Shown: positions 1-8,433 of the stretch, piece after piece
Layout of the letters: every line of letters begins with the position of its first letter
Numbering within the stretch: position 1 is the first letter of the stretch
Assembly: GCA_039803205.1 (NCBI GenBank)
Contig: JBDRYB010000018.1
Coordinates: forward strand, 1-38,980
DNA length: 38,980 nt
Reading direction: 5' to 3'
Source: a candidate division WOR-3 bacterium
Lineage (GTDB): Bacteria > Hydrothermota > Hydrothermia > JBDRYB01
Program-made: the position numbers and the translations under genes
Notes under the pieces: model-generated
Databases searched by the model: none
What the model was told of the DNA's origin: nothing
The model's input: the letters and a program-made list of their open reading frames with translations, nothing else

Positions 1-50
1 ATGGCCTCTGAGGCCTTCCAGAGGATAATAACCTCAAAGGCACCCACCAA

Positions 51-263
51 ATGAGAATTCCCTCCCAAACCCCAGGGGTGTCATTACTGGTTCTCAAGCT
101 GTGCTCAGCCAGGTTATTCAGACAATCTCCATCCGAGAGGTATGTTGACCTCCTAATAACCAGGAGGCTCAAGATCCCAGGAGCCAGTTGGAACGTGAAG
201 GGAGCCAACAACATGCTAAAAGCCAGGAACTACTTCTTCAACAAGGAGGACGACCATATCTAG
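51..263 (+). mobile_element. Probable C-terminal remnant of an ISLre2/ISKra4-type (UPF0236-like) DDE transposase
   Basis: Translation ends SERYVDLLITRRLKIPGASWNVKGANNMLKAR, resembling the E...RxKxxGxxWxxxGAxxMLxxR C-terminal signature of these transposases. The frame is closed by a stop near the window start, so it is a fragment. Confidence 0.55.
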
Positions 264-299
264 GCAGAACGAGAGGTTCCTTAAGTCTTGCAGGGATAC

Positions 300-330
300 G
301 GCTCGTCAGCGCCTTGTGCCCTGACGAGCC
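300..330. other. Perfect 10-bp inverted repeat (hairpin)
   Basis: GGCTCGTCAG (300-309) and CTGACGAGCC (321-330) lie between the convergent IS remnant and msbA-like gene. There is no clear U-tract, so it may be a weak terminator or an IS-end structure. Confidence 0.45.
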
Positions 331-419
331 TCTAGGAGTTTATAATTTAATCCCTCAGGTTGTAGAGTGGCCCCTAAGGTGCCTGGAAATCCGGACAGAT
401 CTCTCATTCATCCGAGGTC

Positions 420-2264
420 TCAAGCCCGCGCGCCGAGCTCAAATTGAAGCCTATACAACCTCCTGTAAAGGGGGCAACGCTCAAGGAGCTCGTGGTGGGT
501 TCCAACATCAACGATCTTCCCCTCATTGAGAACAAGGATCCTATCGGATGAAAGCACAGTTGAGAGCCTGTGCGCGATTATCACGGATGTCCTGCCGGAG
601 AGGACTTTCTCCAAGGCCAGCTTCACTGCCTCCTCTGACTCCGAATCCAGAGCGGATGTCGCCTCGTCAAGAATGACGAGATCCGGATCCTTCAGGAGGG
701 CCCTCGCCAGGGCTATCCTCTGTCGCTGACCGCCGGATAGCCTCGCGCCTCGCTCGCCGAGCTCGGTATCGTAACCGCGAGGCAATTCCTGGATAAAATC
801 GTGAGCATAGGCGTCCTCAGCGGCCTTTATCACGGAAGCCACATCCGCCTCAGGCCTCGCGTAGGCTATGTTCTGGAAAACCGTGCCCGAGAAAAGGAAG
901 GTTTCCTGCGGAACAAGGGAGACCTTTTGCCTGTAAGAGGTTATTGAAAACTCCGAAAGCCTTATTCCATCTATGAGTATCTCGCCCTTCTCGGGTTCCC
1001 CAAAACCCGCGAGAAGGTCAGCCAGGGTTGATTTCCCGGCTCCCGATGGCCCAACCAGTGCTAGCCTTTCCCCTTTTCTTATGAAGAGATTTATGCCCTT
1101 GAGGACGGGGATTCCGGGATCGTAGGAAAACCAGAGGTCCCTTATCTCAATTCCCTCCCTGATCCCAGGGAACTCCATCCCCTCGGTTCTTTCCTCCGGA
1201 ACGGTGAAGACCTTGCCTAATCTCGCCATGCTCGCGAGACCCTGCTGTATTGGTGCGTTTGCCTGAAAGAGCATCTTTAAGGGCCTCATAAGCGAGAGGG
1301 CCGCCACCAGGAAAACCATGAATTGATCAGGGGAGAGGCTCCCTTCCAGGAATATCAAATTCGCGCTGTAGAGGAGCATCCCGGCCGCGACCAAGGCCGT
1401 TAGAAACTCAGTCAGGGGTGGCCCTAGGTTAGCGATCCACGAAAGCCTCATCATGGAAGAGAAATACGCCCTGTTGTGCTTTGAGAACCTCGTGCGCTCC
1501 GCGCTCTCCTGGGTGCTTATCTTCACAACCTTCATCCCGGAGAGGACCTCGTATAGATACCTGCTCAGCTCCCCCATCCTCTCGGCCGCTCTCCCGGAGC
1601 GCTTCCTGAGCTTGCGCCCAACATAGGAGATGAGGATTATGCTCACCGGAACGAGAACGAGCGCGAAGAGAAGGAGTTTCCAGCTCACCAGAGCCGCGAC
1701 GACCAGATATACGAGGCCCTTCAATCCCTCTTGTAGAACTATGAATACCCCATCCGATAGGGCGCGCTTTACCTGTTCCGAGTCAGAGGAAAAGCGGGCC
1801 ATTATGTCCCCGGATGAGAGCCTCGCGAGCTCCGATAGGGGCACCCTCGTTATCTTTCTGAAGAGCGCGTCCCTTATGTCTCTGGTTACCCCCTCCTGAA
1901 CACCAGCGGCCCAGGCCTTGTGGAGGTAGGAAAAGAGGGATTTGAGTCCGTAAAGCACGATCATGAAGAGCGCGAGCTTTCCGACAGCGAGCATGGGGCT
2001 GACCTCTAGGATCTGTTTCCTCACGAGGTTTCCGAGCCACACGAGACGGGGATCAGAGAGAAAAGGGGGCAAGCCCTCCTGGTTGAATAGGACACGCAGA
2101 AGGGGCGAGAGGGTTCCGACAGCGATTCCCTCGGTCAGAGAGGCCGCTAGTGCCATCAGGAAAGAGGATGAGAAGAGGAACCAGTGCTTGGCCAAAAAAG
2201 CTAAAAGCAAGGAAAAGGGGCTTCTCTCAGTTCGCTCCAAGCTCAGACTCAAAGTATAAAGCAA
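420..2264 (-). CDS. msbA: MsbA-like ABC exporter (fused permease + ATPase)
   Basis: N-terminal transmembrane domain, Walker A GPSGAGKS, signature LSGGQRQR, Walker B ILDEATSALD and IAHRLST switch. The true start may be slightly downstream (TTG at 2240). Confidence 0.85.
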   Translation of the reverse strand: MLYTLSLSLERTERSPFSLLLAFLAKHWFLFSSSFLMALAASLTEGIAVGTLSPLLRVLFNQEGLPPFLSDPRLVWLGNLVRKQILEVSPMLAVGKLALFMIVLYGLKSLFSYLHKAWAAGVQEGVTRDIRDALFRKITRVPLSELARLSSGDIMARFSSDSEQVKRALSDGVFIVLQEGLKGLVYLVVAALVSWKLLLFALVLVPVSIILISYVGRKLRKRSGRAAERMGELSRYLYEVLSGMKVVKISTQESAERTRFSKHNRAYFSSMMRLSWIANLGPPLTEFLTALVAAGMLLYSANLIFLEGSLSPDQFMVFLVAALSLMRPLKMLFQANAPIQQGLASMARLGKVFTVPEERTEGMEFPGIREGIEIRDLWFSYDPGIPVLKGINLFIRKGERLALVGPSGAGKSTLADLLAGFGEPEKGEILIDGIRLSEFSITSYRQKVSLVPQETFLFSGTVFQNIAYARPEADVASVIKAAEDAYAHDFIQELPRGYDTELGERGARLSGGQRQRIALARALLKDPDLVILDEATSALDSESEEAVKLALEKVLSGRTSVIIAHRLSTVLSSDRILVLNEGKIVDVGTHHELLERCPLYRRLYRLQFELGARA

Positions 2265-2266
2265 AT

Positions 2267-2679
2267 CTGTGGATTCGCGGAACGCTTGTGGTTTGATCCT
2301 TTTATGCCAGGCGCATTATCATTCAGGCCTGCAACGAGAAGGAGGTTGAGATGAACGGACCCCTCCAAACCCGAGTTCTGGCAACTTTTACATCTTCAAG
2401 CTGAGTTCGGAAGGAAACCAGCTCTGGATAAGGCACTTCGGCGGCAATAATACCGACTATGCGAAATCCATAATAATGACATCGGACTGGGGGTTTGCTA
2501 TACTCGGAATTAGTTCCAGCTTTGGCGCGCACGGTTTCACCCTTCTCAGACTTAACTCCTCAGGAGATTACTACGACTGCGTGTTAGATCTCAGAAAAGG
2601 CGAGAACCGGATAGGCCTTGAGACAGGGGTCTATATTTGGACGGCTGGTAATCAAAAAGGGAAGCTTAGTATCCGATGA
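2267..2679 (+). pseudogene. Degenerate, internally deleted paralog of the adjacent 52-aa-repeat propeller gene
   Basis: The start-less frame 2350-2679 reads FYIFKLSSEGNQLWIRHFGGNNTDYAKSIIMTSDWGFAILG...GDYYDCV, then jumps to LDLRKGENRIGLETGVYIWTAGNQKGK. An eroded repeat (LWIRG..*SFYARRIIIQ) lies upstream in another frame. Confidence 0.75.
2586..2664 (+). repeat. Direct repeat copy 1 (CTD-coding segment)
   Basis: 2586-2642 is identical over 57 bp to 4157-4213; the match extends to 79 bp with 3 mismatches. Confidence 0.95.
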
Positions 2680-2681
2680 TT

Positions 2682-2710
2682 TTGCGTTATCGTATGTAAA
2701 GCTTTATAAT
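2682..2710 (+). promoter_or_regulatory. Sigma70-type promoter
   Basis: TTGCGT-N17-TATAAT, followed by a GAGGT SD before ATG 2733. Confidence 0.7.
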
Positions 2711-2732
2711 TTAAGCCTAGCGAGGTAATATT

Positions 2733-4250
2733 ATGATTCATGCTCTCATGGTTATAAATATCTTGGAGGGCCAGTTCCTTTTTGCCAAGGCATTCGGCGG
2801 AACGGGGAACGATGAGGCCTGGTTCGTTTCTTCAACCCAAGACGGAGGTTTTATCTTGGCAGGAGAGACAGAAAGTTTCGGAGCCGGCAACAACGATCTC
2901 CTCGTTATCAGGCTTGCATCAGATGGCTCCTTGAACTGGGCAAGAACATATGGAGGAACGACCTATGACTATGCCCTATCCGTAACCCAATCTGCCGACG
3001 GCGGGTTCGCTGTTGCGGGAGTTACATCCAGTTTCGGCGCTGGTAATTATGATTGCCTCGTTCTCAAGCTGGCTTCAGACGGCTACTTGAGCTGGGCAAG
3101 GACATATGGAGGAACAGGTATTGACACTGCTAGGTCCATAATCCAGACCACCGATGGCGGTTATGCTATCGCGGGATGGACATGGAATTTTGGCGCCGCA
3201 AGTGCCGATTTCCTCATTCTCAAGCTGAATCAAGATGGGTCTCTTGCCTGGGCTAAGATATTTGGAGGAACAAAGAGCGATTACGCGTTCTCTATAATCC
3301 AAACTGCTGATGGTGGTTATGCAGTTGCAGGATGGACATATAGTTTCGGGGCCGGGCAGGCTGATCTCCTCATCCTCAAGCTGAGCCAGGATGGCTCTCT
3401 TTCTTGGGCAAGGACATTTGGCGGTGCAAACAACGACTATTCCTCTTCCATAATTCAAACTACAGATGGAGGCTACGCTGTTGTGGGAAGCACATACGGG
3501 TCCGGCATTGGTAATTGGGACCTCCTGCTTCTGAAGATTAACTCAAGCGGCTCGGTTGTCTGGGCCAAGGTATTGGGCGGAACAAATGCAGACGAGGCTT
3601 ACTCAATAACCCAGACACCAGATGGAGGCTATGCAGTTGTGGGGCATACTATGAGTTTCGGTTCTGGCAGTTACGACTACATGGTTCTCAAGCTGAACCC
3701 AGATGGCTCTATTGCCTGGGCGAGGACATTGGGAGGAACGGGTGCCGAGCGTGCTTACTCAATAGCCCTGGCAAAAGACAGCGGGTTCGCTGTTGCGGGA
3801 TACACAAACAGTTTTGGCGCTGGCAATAATGATTTTCTGGTCCTCAAGCTCAATCCAACTGGGAGCTACCCAGGCTGTGTTCAGGAGTGCTCGCCGAATG
3901 TCATGACGGTGAACCTCTCCACATCCTCTCCGAGCGTAACAACCGCGACATGCTCCCCGAGCACAACATTACCAACCTTGACTCTTACCACCCCCAGCAT
4001 CACGATAACAGACGCTTGCCCGCCCGGGATTGAGGAGACGGTTTATATCAAGCCAGGTATAGCTTGCTCACCAATACCCGGAGGCGCTCTGTTTTTGTCC
4101 CTTTATGATGCGTCAATAAAGATTTACTCGGCCGATGGAAGGCTGGCCTATTCCGGAGATCTCAGAAAAGGCGAGAACCGGATAGGCCTTGAGACAGGGG
4201 TCTATATTTGGACAGCTGGTAATCAAAGGGGGAAGGTCGCTATACGGTAA
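2733..4250 (+). CDS. Secreted 7-bladed beta-propeller repeat protein with Thr/Ser/Pro stalk and T9SS-like CTD
   Basis: Seven 52-aa repeats (WARTYGGTxxDYAxSIIQTxDGGYAVAGxTxSFGAGxxDxLxLKLxxDGSL), a Cys-flanked T/S/P linker and a C-terminal IYSADGRL...GVYIW...KVAIR. Confidence 0.85.
   Translation: MIHALMVINILEGQFLFAKAFGGTGNDEAWFVSSTQDGGFILAGETESFGAGNNDLLVIRLASDGSLNWARTYGGTTYDYALSVTQSADGGFAVAGVTSSFGAGNYDCLVLKLASDGYLSWARTYGGTGIDTARSIIQTTDGGYAIAGWTWNFGAASADFLILKLNQDGSLAWAKIFGGTKSDYAFSIIQTADGGYAVAGWTYSFGAGQADLLILKLSQDGSLSWARTFGGANNDYSSSIIQTTDGGYAVVGSTYGSGIGNWDLLLLKINSSGSVVWAKVLGGTNADEAYSITQTPDGGYAVVGHTMSFGSGSYDYMVLKLNPDGSIAWARTLGGTGAERAYSIALAKDSGFAVAGYTNSFGAGNNDFLVLKLNPTGSYPGCVQECSPNVMTVNLSTSSPSVTTATCSPSTTLPTLTLTTPSITITDACPPGIEETVYIKPGIACSPIPGGALFLSLYDASIKIYSADGRLAYSGDLRKGENRIGLETGVYIWTAGNQRGKVAIR
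4157..4235 (+). repeat. Direct repeat copy 2 (CTD-coding segment)
   Basis: Matches 2586-2664. Confidence 0.95.
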
Positions 4251-4254
4251 TTCC

Positions 4255-5124
4255 CTATCTCCACTTCGCCCTCCAGATGCCCTTTTCGCCCCAGAGGAGT
4301 AGCCAATCCCCTTCAACTCTGAGCAATCTGTTCGCCATCTGATAGCCCTGCGGAGCCTCAAGGGTGGCCAGCAATTCGCACTTTGGGACCGAGTAAAGAA
4401 AGACCTTCAGGATGCCAGCCAGGGGAACATAAACGCAGAGAAAGACCGTGTCCTCCTTGAAAGCCGAGGAATAGACCTGTCTTAGAACCAGCTTGCCGTC
4501 CGTGGTCACGGTTGCCTTTTCCAACTCCATGGGTATCTTTGCTGAGTTCAGGTAGCGGCCGTTGCCGTAAAGCATACCTTTCGGGTGAAATGGGTTGACG
4601 GCAAACAGCAGGAGGGTATCCGGGCTAACCGAGAGTCCCACGGGCGCGCACGCTCCCGGATAAATCTCTGATATTGCCCTGTCCCCGGGAAGGCCGAAGC
4701 TCCCCTCTTTTCCCCTGTGGCCTGAAAAAGGCTGGAAAACCGTCCCATCGGATGGATCGTAGCCCAGAACGAGGATGTATGGCCCGTATTGGGCTATTGA
4801 TCTCGCTACGGGTTGAACCAGAACCCCTTTGGTCTCAAATATCTGCTCGCACGAGCCTTTCTGGTTAAGCAAAGCAACATGGCCTTCAAGGGCTACCAGG
4901 ATGTGCTCTCCGTTCCAGGTGAGGCTAAATGGTCCTCGGAAATCCTTCCAGAATGGGAACTCCCAGACTACACTACCTGAGCTGTCAAACGCGATAACCC
5001 GCCTGCCCGAGGAATCAGCGCCATAGAAGACCCTTTCCCCTGGCTCAAGATCAACCAAAGGGCAGGGTATTGCCGCGACGGGTTCCCAAATATTGAGCAC
5101 CTGAGAGAGGAGATAAAGGATCAT
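4255..5124 (-). CDS. Hypothetical exported protein, probable beta-propeller
   Basis: 289-aa ORF with short hydrophobic N-terminus MILYLLSQ and beta-strand-rich blades (RVIAFDSSGSVVWEF). Confidence 0.7.
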   Translation of the reverse strand: MILYLLSQVLNIWEPVAAIPCPLVDLEPGERVFYGADSSGRRVIAFDSSGSVVWEFPFWKDFRGPFSLTWNGEHILVALEGHVALLNQKGSCEQIFETKGVLVQPVARSIAQYGPYILVLGYDPSDGTVFQPFSGHRGKEGSFGLPGDRAISEIYPGACAPVGLSVSPDTLLLFAVNPFHPKGMLYGNGRYLNSAKIPMELEKATVTTDGKLVLRQVYSSAFKEDTVFLCVYVPLAGILKVFLYSVPKCELLATLEAPQGYQMANRLLRVEGDWLLLWGEKGIWRAKWR

Positions 5125-5213
5125 GACCAGGATATTTTAACGCAAGGAATCCTGTTCAGGCTACAAGTGGAATCTCCCGTAAAGAACTTATGTGATCTCT
5201 GGAAACAGGTGGA

Positions 5214-6599
5214 CTATCCCTGCCTGAATATGTGAACCGCGGCTAGGTGGACATCCTCGGCCGATTCCATTATAGCCTCGGATAGGGTAGGATGAGGATG
5301 AACGACCCTTCCCAGCTGGCCGGCCTTAATTCCTGCCTCCATGGCAAGCGCCAGCTCGGCTATCATCTCTGAAACATGCGGCCCCGCCATGTGCGCGCCG
5401 AGTATCTCGTCCGTTTCCGCGTGGGCTATTATCTTGACGAAGCCCGATGTCTTACCCATTGCCACTGCCCTTCCGTTGGCCGCGAACGGGAACTTGCCAA
5501 CCCTTATTGGTATCCCTTTATCCCTGAGATCGTCCTCTGTTGCTCCGACCGAGGCCAACTCAGGGTCAGTATACACGACCCCTGGGATGAACCTGAACCT
5601 CTTACCCGAGGAAACCCCCGCCAGGTTTTCTACCACTTGAAGTCCCTGCGCGGATGCCTTGTGGGCGAGAAGAGGCCCGCCAATAACATCACCGATGGCG
5701 AAAATTTTCGGGTTGGTTGTCCTCAGGCCCTCATCAACTTTTATGAACCCCCTCTCGTCCGTTTCCACACCCGCCTTCTCAAGGCCCAAGCCGGATGAGT
5801 TTGGTTTCCTTCCAACGCAGACGAGGATCCTGTCGGCTTCGGTTAGCTTTGGTTCATCGCCGCACCTGAAACTGACAGAAAGCCCCCTGGCGGATTCCGA
5901 ACAAGCGGAGGCAAGCGAGCTGAAATTGAATTTAACGCCCAGCTTCCTGAGCTCCTGCTCGGCTATCCTCGTGAGGTCCTTGTCCATGCCAGGGAGACAA
6001 CCAGGCATCATTTCAATTATCTCAACCTGCGAGCCGAGCCTAGCGTATACGCTCGCTATTTCAAGGCCGATAACGCCTGCCCCGATTATTAGGAGCCTCT
6101 CGGGTATCTCACTAACATCAAGCGCCTCGGTTGATGTGATTATCCTCTTGCCGTCAAACGGGAACCCAGGTATCTCTATCGGAGATGAGCCCGTTGCTAC
6201 TATCGCGTGGTCAAAGCGAAGCTCGGTTCCGGAGACCGAGATCGTTTCTGGACTCGTGAAAACAGCCTCTCCTTTGATCAGACTGACCCCGTTTTTCTTC
6301 AACAGGAACTCAACCCCGCTTGTTAATTTCTTCACGCAGGAGTCCTTGAACGCTCTGAGCTTCTCGAGGTCAAATTTCACATCAGCCAGAACCCCCATTC
6401 CGGACGCGGATTTCGCGTCGTGTCCGAGTTCCGTAGCTGAGAGGAGAGCCTTCGTGGGAATACAGCCGACATTAAGGCAAACCCCTCCAACCTTATCCTT
6501 CTCTATAAGGCTAACCTCAAAACCGAGCCTGGCTCCACGGATAGCCGCTACATAGCCACCGGGACCGGCGCCTATGATAAGGAGCTTTTTGTCAGGCAT
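5214..6599 (-). CDS. lpdA: Dihydrolipoyl dehydrogenase
   Basis: GAGPGGYVAA FAD motif, GGVCLNVGCIPTK redox disulfide, second GAGVIG motif and C-terminal HPHPTLSE. Start placed at MPDKKLL. Confidence 0.95.
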   Translation of the reverse strand: MPDKKLLIIGAGPGGYVAAIRGARLGFEVSLIEKDKVGGVCLNVGCIPTKALLSATELGHDAKSASGMGVLADVKFDLEKLRAFKDSCVKKLTSGVEFLLKKNGVSLIKGEAVFTSPETISVSGTELRFDHAIVATGSSPIEIPGFPFDGKRIITSTEALDVSEIPERLLIIGAGVIGLEIASVYARLGSQVEIIEMMPGCLPGMDKDLTRIAEQELRKLGVKFNFSSLASACSESARGLSVSFRCGDEPKLTEADRILVCVGRKPNSSGLGLEKAGVETDERGFIKVDEGLRTTNPKIFAIGDVIGGPLLAHKASAQGLQVVENLAGVSSGKRFRFIPGVVYTDPELASVGATEDDLRDKGIPIRVGKFPFAANGRAVAMGKTSGFVKIIAHAETDEILGAHMAGPHVSEMIAELALAMEAGIKAGQLGRVVHPHPTLSEAIMESAEDVHLAAVHIFRQG

Positions 6600-6608
6600 A
6601 GGGCTAAG

Positions 6609-6614
6609 ATTATA
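6609..6614 (-). promoter_or_regulatory. -10 element directly upstream of the lpdA start (putative leaderless promoter)
   Basis: TATAAT-CTTAGCCCT-ATG with no SD. Confidence 0.6.
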
Positions 6615-6636
6615 AGAGCGCGCGGTTGCCGTTCCT

Positions 6637-7635
6637 CTAGCATATCCTCGGATACTGATCCTCCGCGAGCACATCAAGGACTCGCTTGCCGCCGGTCTCG
6701 GTTATCCCCATGACTATTCCATTGCCTTCCTTAACAACGCCTATTACGGTTGAGCCTCGGCCCAGGGGATGGCTTCTCAGTATATCAAGTGCCTCTTCGG
6801 CTTTTTCCCCGGAGACGAAGATGAGAGCCCTTCCCTCACAAGCCGCGTAGAGCGGGTCAAGACCGAGGAGCTCCGAGGCCGCTGCAACCTCCGGCCTCAC
6901 AGGAACATCCGGCTCGTTTATTATGAAATCAACCCCTTGCCTAGAGGCCTCGTTCAGAACCGTGGCTAGCCCTCCTCTGGTCGGGTCTCGGACGAATTTC
7001 ACATCCCGGCCCAATTTTCCGTAAAGGGGCTCAAGCATTCCCCATATTGGCGCGCAATCAGAGGGAAAATCAGCGGAGAGCCCGAGCTCGCCCCTCGCGA
7101 GGATCACGGCAAAACCATGGTCCCCAACGGTTCCAGTGATGATTATCCTGTCCCCAGGCTCAATCCTCGCTGGGCTCAGATCAACTCCGGGCATTACCTC
7201 GCCAAGCCCTGCTGTGTTGATGATCACCCCCCCTGAGCCCTCTATGACCTTGGTGTCCCCGGCTACGAATGTCGCGCCTACTTCCCTTATGGTCTCTGAG
7301 AAAGATCGGGTTATCCTCTTAAGATCGTCAAGGCCGAGGCCCTCCTCAAGGATAAAGCCACCGGTTAGGTAAATGGGCCTCGCTCCGCAGACAGCGAGGT
7401 CGTTTATGGTTCCTGAGGCTGATAGCTTGCCTATGTCACCGCCAGGGAAGAATATGGGCCTCACGACAAATGAGTCCGTGGTGAGGGCGAGGGTTTTGCC
7501 ATCAAGATGAAAAACGCCGGAGTCAGCAAGCTGATCCAGTATGGGATTGCCGAGAAGGGGCAGGAAGGCCTCCTTTATCAGCCTAGATGAGAGGGCTCCG
7601 CCAGAGCCGTGTCCGAGCCGGATCCTATTCTCCAC
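6637..7635 (-). CDS. hypE: Hydrogenase maturation protein HypE (carbamoyl dehydratase)
   Basis: HGSGG, TTDSFVVRPIFFPGGDIGKL, GDTKV, RDPTRGGL and the conserved C-terminal PRIC. Confidence 0.96.
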   Translation of the reverse strand: MENRIRLGHGSGGALSSRLIKEAFLPLLGNPILDQLADSGVFHLDGKTLALTTDSFVVRPIFFPGGDIGKLSASGTINDLAVCGARPIYLTGGFILEEGLGLDDLKRITRSFSETIREVGATFVAGDTKVIEGSGGVIINTAGLGEVMPGVDLSPARIEPGDRIIITGTVGDHGFAVILARGELGLSADFPSDCAPIWGMLEPLYGKLGRDVKFVRDPTRGGLATVLNEASRQGVDFIINEPDVPVRPEVAAASELLGLDPLYAACEGRALIFVSGEKAEEALDILRSHPLGRGSTVIGVVKEGNGIVMGITETGGKRVLDVLAEDQYPRIC

Positions 7636-7843
7636 CGAGAGCCTCCCTGAGCATATCCAGGGTTTCCAGGGCCTCTTCCTCGCTCAGGGTTTCTATGGCA
7701 AAGCCAGCGTGGACAATAACCCACTGGCCTGGCTCGGCATTCGGAACAAGGGCCAAGGAAACCCGCCTCCTCAACCCGCCGGACTCAACCCAGCCCTCGT
7801 CTCCTTCCTTCTCCAGAAGCCTCATGGGGATTCCAAGGCACAT
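7625..7843 (-). CDS. hypC: Hydrogenase maturation chaperone HypC
   Basis: MCLGIP N-terminus and VIVHAGFAI motif. Confidence 0.96.
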   Translation of the reverse strand: MCLGIPMRLLEKEGDEGWVESGGLRRRVSLALVPNAEPGQWVIVHAGFAIETLSEEEALETLDMLREALGGE

Positions 7844-7845
7844 GG

Positions 7846-8433
7846 CTATCCCCCGCTCGCCTCAAGGCCAAGGTCAAACGCCCTCATGTTGAGGTCCCGG
7901 TATTTTGGGGGAACCCTCTCCGATATGACTTTTCTCAGCAGATCCTGATCCAGCCGAAGGAATGGGCTCCCAGCGCCTATGAGAACGACATTCACAGCGC
8001 GCTCGGTTCCTGCCTCCTTCGCGAGGCTGAGCGCGTCAATTGCTATTGTCCTGAATCCGGCCTCCCTCAGGCGCTCAACAGCATCGTGCGGATAATCGGA
8101 AAGCCCCTGACTAACCGTGACCGGGATTATCTCCTGGGTGTTCATGACGATGACGCCCTCGGCTGGGTTCAGGAGACCTGTCCACCTAAGGGTCTCTGAT
8201 TTCTCAAAAGAGAGGAGGAGGTGGCCTGTTCCGGGCTCAACGAGGGGAGAAAAAACCCTCGGCCCAAAACGGACATGGCTCACAACAGAGCCTCCCCGCT
8301 GGGCCATGCCGTGAACCTCGCTCTGTTTAACATCGTGTCCGGCCTCCATCGCGGCCGCCGAGATTATCTCAGAGGCGAGGACAACCCCTTGGCCCCCAAC
8401 TCCGGATATGAGTATGTTTGTTGTCTCAGGCAT
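7846..8433 (-). CDS. iorB: Indolepyruvate:ferredoxin oxidoreductase beta subunit
   Basis: GVGGQG and SEVHGMAQRGGSV motifs; overlaps the iorA stop. Confidence 0.93.
   Translation of the reverse strand: MPETTNILISGVGGQGVVLASEIISAAAMEAGHDVKQSEVHGMAQRGGSVVSHVRFGPRVFSPLVEPGTGHLLLSFEKSETLRWTGLLNPAEGVIVMNTQEIIPVTVSQGLSDYPHDAVERLREAGFRTIAIDALSLAKEAGTERAVNVVLIGAGSPFLRLDQDLLRKVISERVPPKYRDLNMRAFDLGLEASGG

Noticed and set aside
2586..4235. Repeat pair as a diversity-generating retroelement TR/VR
   Set aside because: Only three mismatches, with A in different copies (G/A, A/G, A/G), and no reverse transcriptase in the window.
5659..6555. 298-aa plus-strand ORF and similar antisense ORFs (37358-38128, 28896-29453, 13460-13972, 36132-36692)
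   Set aside because: Shadow frames opposite well-supported genes, with no recognisable motifs.
6600..6677. N-terminal extensions in the ORF track (lpdA 6677, dtd 15468, phosphoesterase 16391, putP 18702, 21649, 27697, 30245)
   Set aside because: They overlap neighbouring genes or promoters; conserved motifs and SD or -10 positions support the shorter starts.
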